From: an uncultured virus (IMG/VR IMGVR_UViG_3300033149_004104)
Taxonomy: Duplodnaviria > Heunggongvirae > Uroviricota > Caudoviricetes
Length of the DNA: 64,000 bases
Reading direction: 5' to 3' (one strand)
IMG/VR virus record: IMGVR_UViG_3300033149_004104
Coordinates: 1 to 64,000 of that record
Made by a program: the position numbers and the translations under genes. How positions within the stretch are numbered: position 1 is the stretch's first letter; each line of letters starts with the position of its first letter. Positions 9,007-17,776 of this stretch are shown piece by piece. Under the pieces are notes generated by a model. It was not told where the DNA came from. It worked only from the letters and a program-made list of their open reading frames with translations, and did no database searches.

Positions 9007-11052
9007 GTGAATAAAGAAATTTATGAATATTTGTCTCCATACCTATCAGATGATAGTAGTATACTTTTAAAAGAAGGCTATCTAGATGATAATATTAATG
9101 ATATTCTTGATTATTTACAAGTATTGCTTACAGATACGTCAATTCCTGATAACGTTAAAGCCTATAAACTTAGGAATCTATGGCAATTATTCTACAGGAT
9201 AAGACCTCCTACGGTAGAAGAGTTTCTTACTCCAAAGTGGATAGGCGTAATCGCAGACAAGATATATCCACAAGTAAAGGAGGCATTTAAACAGTACATG
9301 CAGCCATTAAATGGAAAAAGGGTATTGGCGTTAAGCACCTGTATTGGATGGGGAAAAACGACCCTGTCTACACTTATAGCAACATATATTGTTGTTCATT
9401 TGCATTATATGAAAAATCCGAAACGATTTTTTAATCTCAATGAAATAGGGGCTATTGTAATTGCTCTTATGAGCTTCACACAAAGGAAGGTAAACCAGTT
9501 ATTACTCCAGCCATTTTATACCTTGTTGAAATCTTCTCCAATGTTTGAAAGGGTATGGAGGGAGGACAGACTTGAAATTAAACAGAAAGAAATCGGTGAT
9601 AAAAAAATAGCCTATACAAGTGCGGGTAGAATGGGCGCTTTCCAATTTAGTAGAGATATTCATATAACAATTGCAAGCAGTAGAGAAGATTTGCTCGGTA
9701 TGAATATTATCTTAGGAATTGTTTCAGAAATTTCCTTTTGGATTAATCGTGGAATAGCTATTGAGGAGATTTGGGGGGCGTTTTCGGATATGAGAGAAAG
9801 AGTTAACTCACGATTTGCTCATCGATATTTAAGTGGAGTTATATTAGACAGCTCCCCATTAGATCTTTCTACATCCCCTATTGATAAGTGGATTTATGAG
9901 GGGGACGCTCAAACCGATCCTGAAGTACTCATCATAAATGCTAAGCATTGGGATATGTTTCCTGAAAAATACCCAAAGTGGCAGAAAACAAATCAAACTA
10001 TTCCGGTTTTTAAAGGAGATGCAGCGAGGCCTCCAAAAGTATTAAATGATGAAGAGTATGAACGATATGCAAAAGAAGAGATAATAGAATTCCCGATTGA
10101 TATGGTGGAAGCATTGAAAAACTCAACGGGGTTAAAAAGAGTAGTAGCTGATTTTGCAGGATGGCCTGCAGGAAGTCTTCCAAAGTTGATAGATGATAAA
10201 AGAGTGGTTGAAAATATTTTTACAAATAAACTTAATAATGTTTATACCTCTATTGTAGCGCCGGACGATAAAGACCCTGAAAAATTAATATGGTACAAAG
10301 TAAGGGACTTGTTCTTTATTAAATCAGGACGTTGTTATGAGTTTTATAGGGCCCCTCATGCATTACGTACAATTCATATTGATTTAGCTGAAAGCGGTGA
10401 TATGGCTTGTATAAGCATGTGCCATTTAGAGATTGATATTGATTCGGGTTCAAATATTGTAGTAGGAGATTTTACGATACCAATATCCCCCGAAAAGTCT
10501 AAAATAAATCTTGACGCTGTATGCAATTTTATACTCGATTTAAAAAAAGAAGGGCATATAAGTTTTTATAAAGTTACTGCAGATCAATATCAAAGTAGTG
10601 CTCTTTTACAAAGATTAAAACGGAATAATATAGAAGTTGACAAATTATCAGTTGATAGAGATACCACTCCCTACAGAGTGGTTATTAGTTGGATATATAA
10701 TAATAGAATCAGAATTGGAAGAAATGTTATTCTTAAGAATAATTTACTTTCACTTGTTGAAGTAAAAAATGAAAGGGGGAGAACAAAAATAGATCATACT
10801 AATGGTCGAATGGTGTATGAAGATAACGGTGATTGGAACAGATCATTAATGGGAATAAATGCAAAAGATGCAAGTGACAGTTTTGTTGGTAGTGCTTATA
10901 CTCTTATAGCAGAACTTGAAAATTCTATTCCACAATACACTTGGAGAGATGAACAATCTTTACAAAGTGATCAAAATGATGAAGATGTAGTTGATATGCC
11001 TATATTAGAAGAGTTACGTAAGAAGTTTAATTATATTTACTCTGATAATTAA
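9007..11052 (+). CDS. terL: Terminase large subunit
   Basis: Walker A-like CIGWGKTT, VSE Walker B, ILDSS motif; C-terminal RNase H-like IHIDLAESGD, ADQYQS, KIDH...KDASDS. Confidence 0.82.
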   Translation: MNKEIYEYLSPYLSDDSSILLKEGYLDDNINDILDYLQVLLTDTSIPDNVKAYKLRNLWQLFYRIRPPTVEEFLTPKWIGVIADKIYPQVKEAFKQYMQPLNGKRVLALSTCIGWGKTTLSTLIATYIVVHLHYMKNPKRFFNLNEIGAIVIALMSFTQRKVNQLLLQPFYTLLKSSPMFERVWREDRLEIKQKEIGDKKIAYTSAGRMGAFQFSRDIHITIASSREDLLGMNIILGIVSEISFWINRGIAIEEIWGAFSDMRERVNSRFAHRYLSGVILDSSPLDLSTSPIDKWIYEGDAQTDPEVLIINAKHWDMFPEKYPKWQKTNQTIPVFKGDAARPPKVLNDEEYERYAKEEIIEFPIDMVEALKNSTGLKRVVADFAGWPAGSLPKLIDDKRVVENIFTNKLNNVYTSIVAPDDKDPEKLIWYKVRDLFFIKSGRCYEFYRAPHALRTIHIDLAESGDMACISMCHLEIDIDSGSNIVVGDFTIPISPEKSKINLDAVCNFILDLKKEGHISFYKVTADQYQSSALLQRLKRNNIEVDKLSVDRDTTPYRVVISWIYNNRIRIGRNVILKNNLLSLVEVKNERGRTKIDHTNGRMVYEDNGDWNRSLMGINAKDASDSFVGSAYTLIAELENSIPQYTWRDEQSLQSDQNDEDVVDMPILEELRKKFNYIYSDN

Positions 11053-11094
11053 ATTTTTTTATAAAAAAATTTATATTTTATATACGGGAGAGTT

Positions 11095-11445
11095 ATGAAA
11101 GTAAATAAAGAAGGTAAAGAAATATTAGAAAGAATACATTTAATATCGGGAGTTAAAAAAGATGATGTAATTAGTGTATTGGAATCGTTATCGATTCTTA
11201 TTGTTTTAAACTATCTTAATAATGATGATACTTATATCCCATTTATTGGAAATTGTCATTTAGAATATAAAGGTGATAAAGTAATAGATGGGAAAGCAGA
11301 AGCTGTAGTAAAATGTATCTTTAGTGTAGATGATTTTCTTCTCCGTAACATCGGCCAAATAGAAGATGGTATTTCGGTTGATGCAGAAAAAATTCTTAAA
11401 AGGAAGATTTACTCTACATTAGGCGAATATCTAAACAAGGAGTAA
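11095..11445 (+). CDS. Small putative DNA-binding protein (HU/IHF-like N-terminus)
   Basis: KEILERIHLISGVKKDDVISVLESL...YIPFIG resembles the HU helix-helix-beta pattern. Confidence 0.4.
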   Translation: MKVNKEGKEILERIHLISGVKKDDVISVLESLSILIVLNYLNNDDTYIPFIGNCHLEYKGDKVIDGKAEAVVKCIFSVDDFLLRNIGQIEDGISVDAEKILKRKIYSTLGEYLNKE

Positions 11446-11485
11446 TAATTAAAAATTTTTAAAGAAAAAGAGATACTTTTGAAAA

Positions 11486-12229
11486 ATGAAACTACCGAAA
11501 TTTAGACCTTGTGTAAAGTGTGATAACGGATACATATATAGTACAAATTCATTTAATGAACCTGTAGTTACAATTTGCTCATGTTTACAGAAATATCAGT
11601 ATCAAATAAATCTGTTACAGAAATTAGAAAAAGCCAATATATTTCCTTCTCAATTTCTCTTGAAATATGATATAGATAACGATTATATCGGGCCTGATAA
11701 ACAAGGTAATATACCAAAATTGAAAAAATTTATAAGGGAATTTAAGGACACTTTTTATGATAAAACTCTGTATATATACGGAAAAGTTGGAACTCAAAAA
11801 ACAACAGTTGCTAATTGGATAGCAAAAGAGTTGATAGAGAAAGGCGTAAGTGTTTATTTTACTTTTTTAAATGATTTAATAAAAGAATTGCAAGAAAATA
11901 CTTTTAGTGAACTTGATTTGGAAGATAAATACTATGATTGTGATTGTCTTATTATAGACAGAGCTTTTGGTAGGGATAAAGTTACCATTTATAAAAGTGG
12001 ATATCAAATTCCGTTCTTAGATAATTTCCTTCGTAGAAGAATAGATCAATTAAATAAAGCAACTATTATTATATCAAATGATGCAATAGAGAATATATCT
12101 AAGAATGGATTTAACGAGGATATTCAAAGTTTGATCGAAAGAAAAACGAAACCGATTAAGTCAGTTTTTCTTTTTGAAGATTATTATGGAATTAAAGATG
12201 ATTTTGGAACATTAAAGTTATGGGAATAA
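11486..12229 (+). CDS. DnaC/IstB-like helicase loader
   Basis: N-terminal CxxC...CxC, P-loop variant YGKVGTQKT, LIID, TIIISN; adjacent to helicase. Confidence 0.75.
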   Translation: MKLPKFRPCVKCDNGYIYSTNSFNEPVVTICSCLQKYQYQINLLQKLEKANIFPSQFLLKYDIDNDYIGPDKQGNIPKLKKFIREFKDTFYDKTLYIYGKVGTQKTTVANWIAKELIEKGVSVYFTFLNDLIKELQENTFSELDLEDKYYDCDCLIIDRAFGRDKVTIYKSGYQIPFLDNFLRRRIDQLNKATIIISNDAIENISKNGFNEDIQSLIERKTKPIKSVFLFEDYYGIKDDFGTLKLWE

Positions 12230-12230
12230 T

Positions 12231-13652
12231 ATGAACGAAAAAAGTATTGTTTATCTTGAACAAAATATATTATCGTGTTGTATTGAAAATCCTAGATATA
12301 TTTTTGATATTGATAGTAAGTTTTTTTTATCCGAAGAAGGGGCTGAGTTATTTAAAACATTTAAGAATCTTTATATTCGGGATTTACCAATTAATAAAAG
12401 AAATATTTTAATTGATTTAAGCAAAAAAAATAAATCAATACAAGAAACTATTATTGATAGTTTATTTGATCTTAATGTTGAAAAAGATGAGTCAAATTTT
12501 CAAAAATACCTTAAAGATTTAAAAGAGCAACGATTTAAGTTTAATGTTATAAAACAAATAATTCCTAGTATGCTTAAAGAAAGCTCTAAAGCAGAGGTTT
12601 CAATTGGCGAAATAACCGAACTTGTTCAAAGTATACAAGAAGAACTTTATGAATTAAATAAGAAAGAAACAAAGTTGTATACTCCTGATCGTATGTTTAG
12701 TGATTATGAATTAACTTTGTATTCAAGGCAGGATACTGTATTTGATTATAGTACAGGCGATAGTTATTTAGATAGCATGCTATTAGAAAAATTCCAACCA
12801 GGAAGAATAACAACAATATTTGGCCCTAGCGGAGTGGGTAAAAGTGCTTTTGCCTTATTTCTTGTAAATAGACAGATGCATAAGATGATTCCTAGTATGT
12901 ATTTCACTCTTGAAATGACGTACGAATCTACTATGGATAGATTAGTTGCACAAATATTAAATATTCCTGTAAAAGAACTATACCCACAAATATATAGTAG
13001 AGATAACATTGAAGAGGTAAATCATTCAATTATTCAACAGGTAAGAGAGTTAAAAGAAAGATTTAAAGATTCGCAATTTTTTGAGCTTATTGAAGAGGAT
13101 TCTTTGTACATTCATAATATTGAATCACTGATACGGGATTTTAAAGTTAAAAGTAAAGTTGATTATGTAATCGTAACGATTGATTTGTTAACTATGTTAA
13201 AAGAATTTAACGAGGGAAGTAAAAGTAAAGCGGATAAATATGAAGATGCTATGAATTTATTACATGAGATGGCAAGAAGAAATAATGTTCATATAGTGGG
13301 GGTAGTGCAGGGAAGAAGACAGAATGAAAGAGTTAATATTACAAGCATAGATCAATTAGAAAGATTTAGACCCCAATCACAAGAAATAAAAAATTCGGGG
13401 GCTATTTATGAAAGATCACGAACAATATTGGGCATATTTAGAAAGAAGCACTTTGCTAATTTATATCTTCCAAATGATCCTAATACATCTATAATGCCAG
13501 ATATAATGGAAATTGATATTTTAAAACAGAACATGGGGGCAACAGGACGTATAAACTATTTGTTTGAACCTGAAACATATAGATTTATGAAAATTGTAGA
13601 TAATGTAGAAGAGATAGAAAATTCAGGAGAGGGAAATGAAGATATTAGTTAA
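12231..13652 (+). CDS. dnaB: Replicative DNA helicase, DnaB-like
   Basis: GPSGVGKS, FTLEM, TIDLL, VVQ, IKNSGAI, ILKQ motifs. Confidence 0.88.
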   Translation: MNEKSIVYLEQNILSCCIENPRYIFDIDSKFFLSEEGAELFKTFKNLYIRDLPINKRNILIDLSKKNKSIQETIIDSLFDLNVEKDESNFQKYLKDLKEQRFKFNVIKQIIPSMLKESSKAEVSIGEITELVQSIQEELYELNKKETKLYTPDRMFSDYELTLYSRQDTVFDYSTGDSYLDSMLLEKFQPGRITTIFGPSGVGKSAFALFLVNRQMHKMIPSMYFTLEMTYESTMDRLVAQILNIPVKELYPQIYSRDNIEEVNHSIIQQVRELKERFKDSQFFELIEEDSLYIHNIESLIRDFKVKSKVDYVIVTIDLLTMLKEFNEGSKSKADKYEDAMNLLHEMARRNNVHIVGVVQGRRQNERVNITSIDQLERFRPQSQEIKNSGAIYERSRTILGIFRKKHFANLYLPNDPNTSIMPDIMEIDILKQNMGATGRINYLFEPETYRFMKIVDNVEEIENSGEGNEDIS

Positions 13653-13712
13653 AAAATTTTTAAAAAAAATTTATATTATAATTAAAGAAAAATCTTTTTA
13701 AGGAGTGTAAAA

Positions 13713-14570
13713 ATGAATAATTTTAATTCTGTACAAGGACTTGATCTTAATCAAGTCAAACAAAGTATAGCGTTTCCTATTTCACGTATGGATTTAGTAA
13801 CAGAAAATCCACATGAGGAAACAAAATTTCAACTAGTACGGAGGGAAGATACGGGGAGGAAGTTAGGTATTATTAGAAAAAATCATCCCACTATTCCATA
13901 TCCGGATGTTATGGATTGGCTTACTGCTGAATTTGATAACGCTGAAGTAGTATATAAACTTCGAGATTCGGTAGTAAAAAATGATGGGTCATTATTTCAA
14001 GAATATCTTTTTGATTACAATATTGAACCGCCAGATGGTGAGGATATCTCCCCTCTTGTTATAGTAAAATCAAGTTACGTAGGCCCCCCGCTTGATATAT
14101 ACTTCGGCACCTATCGATTTGTGTGTAGTAATGGAGTAATAACAGGGGAAACAATTGAAAAAATTCACATTAATGCACGATCCTCCGATATTCTTAATTC
14201 ATCTATTCGAGATGATATAAGAGTGTCCTTAGATAAATTTGAAAGAGTAGCGGGGCTGTATAAAAATCTTACTCATGAAAAATTTAATCCATATCTTAAT
14301 GCAGTCATTGCCAATATGTATATTTCAACTGGAGTTAAGAAAGTAATTCTTAAAGAACTTCAAAAACAAGGCAGTGTTGAATTATTAAAAGAAAAAATTA
14401 AAGCTGAAGACTTTAATGAAAATTTTAGAGAAAATCTATTCAATATAATAAATGAAATTACCGCATGGGAATTTTACAATATTGTAACTAATATTGCCAC
14501 AAGAAAGAGTAATACTGTAGCGGCTCGATTAGGAAATTACATAAATATTTCTAAGGTATTTAGAATTTAA
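13713..14570 (+). CDS. DUF932-like phage protein
   Basis: LVRREDTGRKLGI and GTYRFVCSNG motifs. Confidence 0.65.
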   Translation: MNNFNSVQGLDLNQVKQSIAFPISRMDLVTENPHEETKFQLVRREDTGRKLGIIRKNHPTIPYPDVMDWLTAEFDNAEVVYKLRDSVVKNDGSLFQEYLFDYNIEPPDGEDISPLVIVKSSYVGPPLDIYFGTYRFVCSNGVITGETIEKIHINARSSDILNSSIRDDIRVSLDKFERVAGLYKNLTHEKFNPYLNAVIANMYISTGVKKVILKELQKQGSVELLKEKIKAEDFNENFRENLFNIINEITAWEFYNIVTNIATRKSNTVAARLGNYINISKVFRI

Positions 14571-14578
14571 ATAGAATT

Positions 14579-14690
14579 GGGGATGCAATTGGTTCGACTG
14601 TTAAAATAACACGGGGAGAGATACGATGCTCTCCCCGTGCTTTAAAAGACGACTTTAACTAGGACGAGGGTTCAAGGCCCTCCATCTCCA
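14579..14690 (+). ncRNA. Minimal tmRNA-like RNA: tRNA-like domain only, no mRNA-like domain
   Basis: 5' GGGGATG pairs with 3' CATCTCC-A (7 bp, G3.U70, A73); unpaired D-loop CAATTGGTTCGAC; GTTAAA/TTTAAC helix capped by an 11-bp hairpin; GGAC plus T-arm GAGGG-TTCAAGG-CCCTC. Confidence 0.8.
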
Positions 14691-14706
14691 AAAGTAGAGA
14701 AGTAAT

Positions 14707-14967
14707 ATGGTGTGTTTAGAGGATAAAGATAAAGATACTGCACTTACAAAAGTGGCGATAGGATTTACTCAAGCCGGCAATACTTTAGGAACTACTTCAG
14801 ATATGGAGGAGTTAACATTGGAGGTGGAAAGTCAGTATGGCGATATTTCTAAGGGGGGACTTTTTTTTGTTCTAAGAACTAATACAGGATGGAGTTTTGA
14901 TAATATTAACGATATTGAACAAACGATAAGAAAATTATGGAGTAAATTAAAAAATATAAAAATTTAA
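14707..14967 (+). CDS. Hypothetical protein
   Basis: 86-aa ORF with upstream AGAGAAG. Confidence 0.6.
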   Translation: MVCLEDKDKDTALTKVAIGFTQAGNTLGTTSDMEELTLEVESQYGDISKGGLFFVLRTNTGWSFDNINDIEQTIRKLWSKLKNIKI

Positions 14968-15021
14968 ATTTTTAAATAAAAAATTGAACCACATACTAAT
15001 ATATTGTAAAAGGTGGTTTTT

Positions 15022-15456
15022 ATGCTTAAGGCGATTGTAACAGGATCAAAAAATTTTAGTGATTATAAATTTCTCGAGGATATAATTGATGAAGTTTTAT
15101 TTGAGATATACGTTTTTTCAAAAGGATTTAATTATGTTGAAATAGTGTCAGGAACATCTTCTAAAGGGGTTGACAGTCTTAGTGTACAGTATGCAAAGAG
15201 TAGAAATTATCAAATTAAACAATTTCCAGTACAATGGGATTTATATGGTAGAAGAGCGGGAATATTACGCAACAATGAAATGGCAAAGTATTTATACAGA
15301 AATATATACGAGCACAAAGGGCTTGGAATTTGTATATGTTTTTGGGATGAAAAAAGTAAAGGCACTGCCAATATGATTGATACTGCAAAGCAGTATAATA
15401 TTCCTACTTATGTAATAAATTATAATTCCCTAGAATGGGATGAGGAGGAAATATAA
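15022..15456 (+). CDS. SLOG-family (YspA/DUF2493-like) protein
   Basis: IVTGSKNF, IVSG..KGVD, W..YG..AG..RN..M, FWDEKSKGTANMI motifs. Confidence 0.75.
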   Translation: MLKAIVTGSKNFSDYKFLEDIIDEVLFEIYVFSKGFNYVEIVSGTSSKGVDSLSVQYAKSRNYQIKQFPVQWDLYGRRAGILRNNEMAKYLYRNIYEHKGLGICICFWDEKSKGTANMIDTAKQYNIPTYVINYNSLEWDEEEI

Positions 15457-15596
15457 TGGGAGATAAGGTGAAACTTAATGAAAAAGAAATAACTCGAGAA
15501 GAATTAGAAAAAAAGAAAGAAGAGATCGCAAACATGTCAGGAGCTCGAATAGTTGAAGTCCGACCCGGAGAATTCAAGATTAGACTTTACGATTAA
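15456..15596 (+). CDS. Small 46-aa hypothetical protein (absent from ORF track)
   Basis: MGDKVKLNEKEITREELEKKKEEIANMSGARIVEVRPGEFKIRLYD; TAATG overlap and GAGGAGG RBS. Confidence 0.6.
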   Translation: MGDKVKLNEKEITREELEKKKEEIANMSGARIVEVRPGEFKIRLYD

Positions 15597-15624
15597 TTTT
15601 TTTTTAAAAAGGAAATCAGAAAAC

Positions 15625-16002
15625 ATGGAAAAAAAAGAAGAAAAAAATAGAATAAAAAAATTTGAAAATGATCCGCCTAAAAATTTATATTCTAGACTTG
15701 CATATCGATACCTTTTTAATAGATTAAAGACGTATATTCGAATTGTTATGGTGCATAAAAAAACTGAAGAAGAAGCAAAAGCTGAAATATATCGACATCT
15801 TGTTCGCTATATGCTTAAAATACAAGAATGTATAGATCAATTTGAAAAGGATTTAGAAAATTTATTAGAGGATGGCGACAGAGTTTATTTTCCATTAGAA
15901 GAGGAATGTATAGAAAAGACGAATGGCAAAATTCAAATAGTTTCAGTTGGAAAAGATCAAATTCATAAATGGGTAAAAACTTATAAAAAAAATGAACAAT
16001 AA
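15625..16002 (+). CDS. Hypothetical protein
   Basis: ATG after AAAGGAAA; the track's upstream TTG start overlaps the 46-aa gene. Confidence 0.6.
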   Translation: MEKKEEKNRIKKFENDPPKNLYSRLAYRYLFNRLKTYIRIVMVHKKTEEEAKAEIYRHLVRYMLKIQECIDQFEKDLENLLEDGDRVYFPLEEECIEKTNGKIQIVSVGKDQIHKWVKTYKKNEQ

Positions 16003-16061
16003 TAAAAAATTATCATAAAATGTATATATTAATATTAAAAATAAAACGGGGGTATCTAGAA

Positions 16062-16250
16062 ATGAAAAGAACGTTAAATGAAATAACCGCAATCATTAAA
16101 TTAAAGACCGATTTTGAAAAACTTAAAGCATTATTTATATTGTTGAATATCGATTTTGAAGTTGCTGGCAATAGTCTGCGCATAGAAAATAGAAGATTTG
16201 ATTTTGGACCAAAAACTGGAGATTTAACTAATATTGAAGATTGTGAATGA
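16062..16250 (+). CDS. Hypothetical protein
   Basis: ATG after GGGGG RBS-like run. Confidence 0.5.
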   Translation: MKRTLNEITAIIKLKTDFEKLKALFILLNIDFEVAGNSLRIENRRFDFGPKTGDLTNIEDCE

Positions 16251-16278
16251 AAAAAAGAAAGATAGGAGTTAAAATAAT

Positions 16279-17229
16279 ATGAAAAATAAAATTATCATAT
16301 TCGGTGATGATCATATTCGATATGATGAGCCTTTCTTTAGCGCTAAAAAAGATTATTTTCAATGGGTAATACAGCAAGATTTTAATAATAAAGATAATAT
16401 AGCAATTCATGTTGGGGATTTGTTTCATAGTAATCATCCAACTCCTCGTGAGTATGATTTAGCGTATTGGTTTTTACAAAAGTTAAGATTTTCTAAAGTA
16501 TTTATTCTCTCGGGAAATGGTATACATGAATATAACAGAGTAAAAGAGACGTATGCTATAAAACCTCTTGATAGAATAGATAATGTAGAAATTATTATTA
16601 AACCACAGGAATCGAAGTTAGGTAATCTTAATATTTTATTCCTTCCATGGATTCCAAGTCGTTATTATAATGACATGACTATGAGGGAGTGGTATGAAGG
16701 TCTTCCAGAGAAAGAGTACGATTATATATTTGGACATTTTGCTCACAAAGAATTTTACGGAACTGAAATTGATATTTCCCAATTAAAAGGGAAAAAAAGA
16801 ATGGGGCATATCCATGTGCCTGATGATGAGTATGTTGGAGTAAATACAATTACAAGAGCAGATGAAAAAGGAATACATTGCAGGCTTAATTGTATTGATA
16901 TGTTTACAGGAGAGGAAGAACTTATCGAAATTCCCAAATTTTTAGACTATTATGAAGTAGAATACCCAAATAAATTGCCGGATAATATAGAAGCTCGATA
17001 TTCGATATGGACGGTTACTAATGCTCCATCAAAAGAAAAAGCTGAACAGAAGTACAGTTACATTTATATAAAGAATATTGTTCTAGATAATAAAAGTTTG
17101 TCCAGGAGCAATAATAAAAATACTAATATAACAGGAAAAAAAGCGTCAATAAGGGAATATTTTGATTTCTTTATACAGGACTATGGAATAAGTAAAGAAA
17201 TAGAAAAAAAATTAAGGAGTGTTATATGA
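16279..17229 (+). CDS. sbcD: SbcD/Mre11-like (gp47-like) metallophosphoesterase nuclease
   Basis: GDDH, GDLF, GNGIH, FGH and GHIH motifs; partner SbcC present in the window. Confidence 0.82.
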   Translation: MKNKIIIFGDDHIRYDEPFFSAKKDYFQWVIQQDFNNKDNIAIHVGDLFHSNHPTPREYDLAYWFLQKLRFSKVFILSGNGIHEYNRVKETYAIKPLDRIDNVEIIIKPQESKLGNLNILFLPWIPSRYYNDMTMREWYEGLPEKEYDYIFGHFAHKEFYGTEIDISQLKGKKRMGHIHVPDDEYVGVNTITRADEKGIHCRLNCIDMFTGEEELIEIPKFLDYYEVEYPNKLPDNIEARYSIWTVTNAPSKEKAEQKYSYIYIKNIVLDNKSLSRSNNKNTNITGKKASIREYFDFFIQDYGISKEIEKKLRSVI

Positions 17230-17435
17230 TTGACATAAAAATAAGAGACGTGGAATTAGAGTTAACAGAGAAAGAGGCCTGGAATTTATATGATAATTTA
17301 AGTAAATTTTTTAAGGAAAAAGAAATGGGAAGTTATAAAAATTTATCGGATACTTCAAAAGATAATGAATTAAAGGTGGATTTGGAATGTTGGGGAAGCT
17401 CGAAAAGTCCATCTGTAAATTTGTATATTAAATAG
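17226..17435 (+). CDS. Hypothetical protein
   Basis: ATGA overlap with upstream gene, AGGAG RBS. Confidence 0.55.
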   Translation: MIDIKIRDVELELTEKEAWNLYDNLSKFFKEKEMGSYKNLSDTSKDNELKVDLECWGSSKSPSVNLYIK

Positions 17436-17469
17436 CAACTATTAAGAGGGGAGGCATTAAAAGTTATTT

Positions 17470-17727
17470 ATGAAAGTATGTAGAGATTTTGAAGTAGGAA
17501 AGACAGCATATAGCTATAAATGTAAAATATGTGGATTAAACGAAGACCTTTACTATCACATGGACGAGGAAAGACCAAAGAGCTATCAATGTCCTATGTG
17601 TAAAACTAAAAATTCAATGTACAGAGTATATGGGAATAATAAAATTATTATTCCATTTCAATGGGGGACTACAGATAACGAGATAAAATTTGATAAAAGG
17701 CCGAGTAGAAGGAAACAATATTTTTGA
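17470..17727 (+). CDS. FmdB-like zinc-ribbon protein
   Basis: YSYKCKICG...CPMC...MYRVY. Confidence 0.65.
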   Translation: MKVCRDFEVGKTAYSYKCKICGLNEDLYYHMDEERPKSYQCPMCKTKNSMYRVYGNNKIIIPFQWGTTDNEIKFDKRPSRRKQYF

Positions 17728-17731
17728 TAAT

Positions 17732-17740
17732 TACTAATAT
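17732..17740 (+). promoter_or_regulatory. Putative late promoter upstream of the portal
   Basis: TACTAATAT. Confidence 0.7.
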
Positions 17741-17776
17741 GGTATGTATTAAGATTTAGTAAAAAAAAGAGGAAAT

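Noticed and set aside
9007..13652. Inteins or introns in the terminase or helicase
   Set aside because: No C/S...HN splice motifs or homing-endonuclease motifs were seen, and the catalytic motifs are normally spaced.
14612..14662. Possible tag reading frame RGEIRCSPRALKDDFN-stop after TAACA inside the mini-tmRNA
   Set aside because: It lies within the paired helices immediately next to the tRNA-like domain, lacks the pseudoknot ring needed to position a resume codon, and lacks an Ala-Ala type ending.
14579..14690. Ordinary or intron-containing tRNA-Ala
   Set aside because: There is no D-stem and no 7-nt anticodon loop with an Ala anticodon; the GGTTCGAC and GGAC junctions match tmRNA instead.
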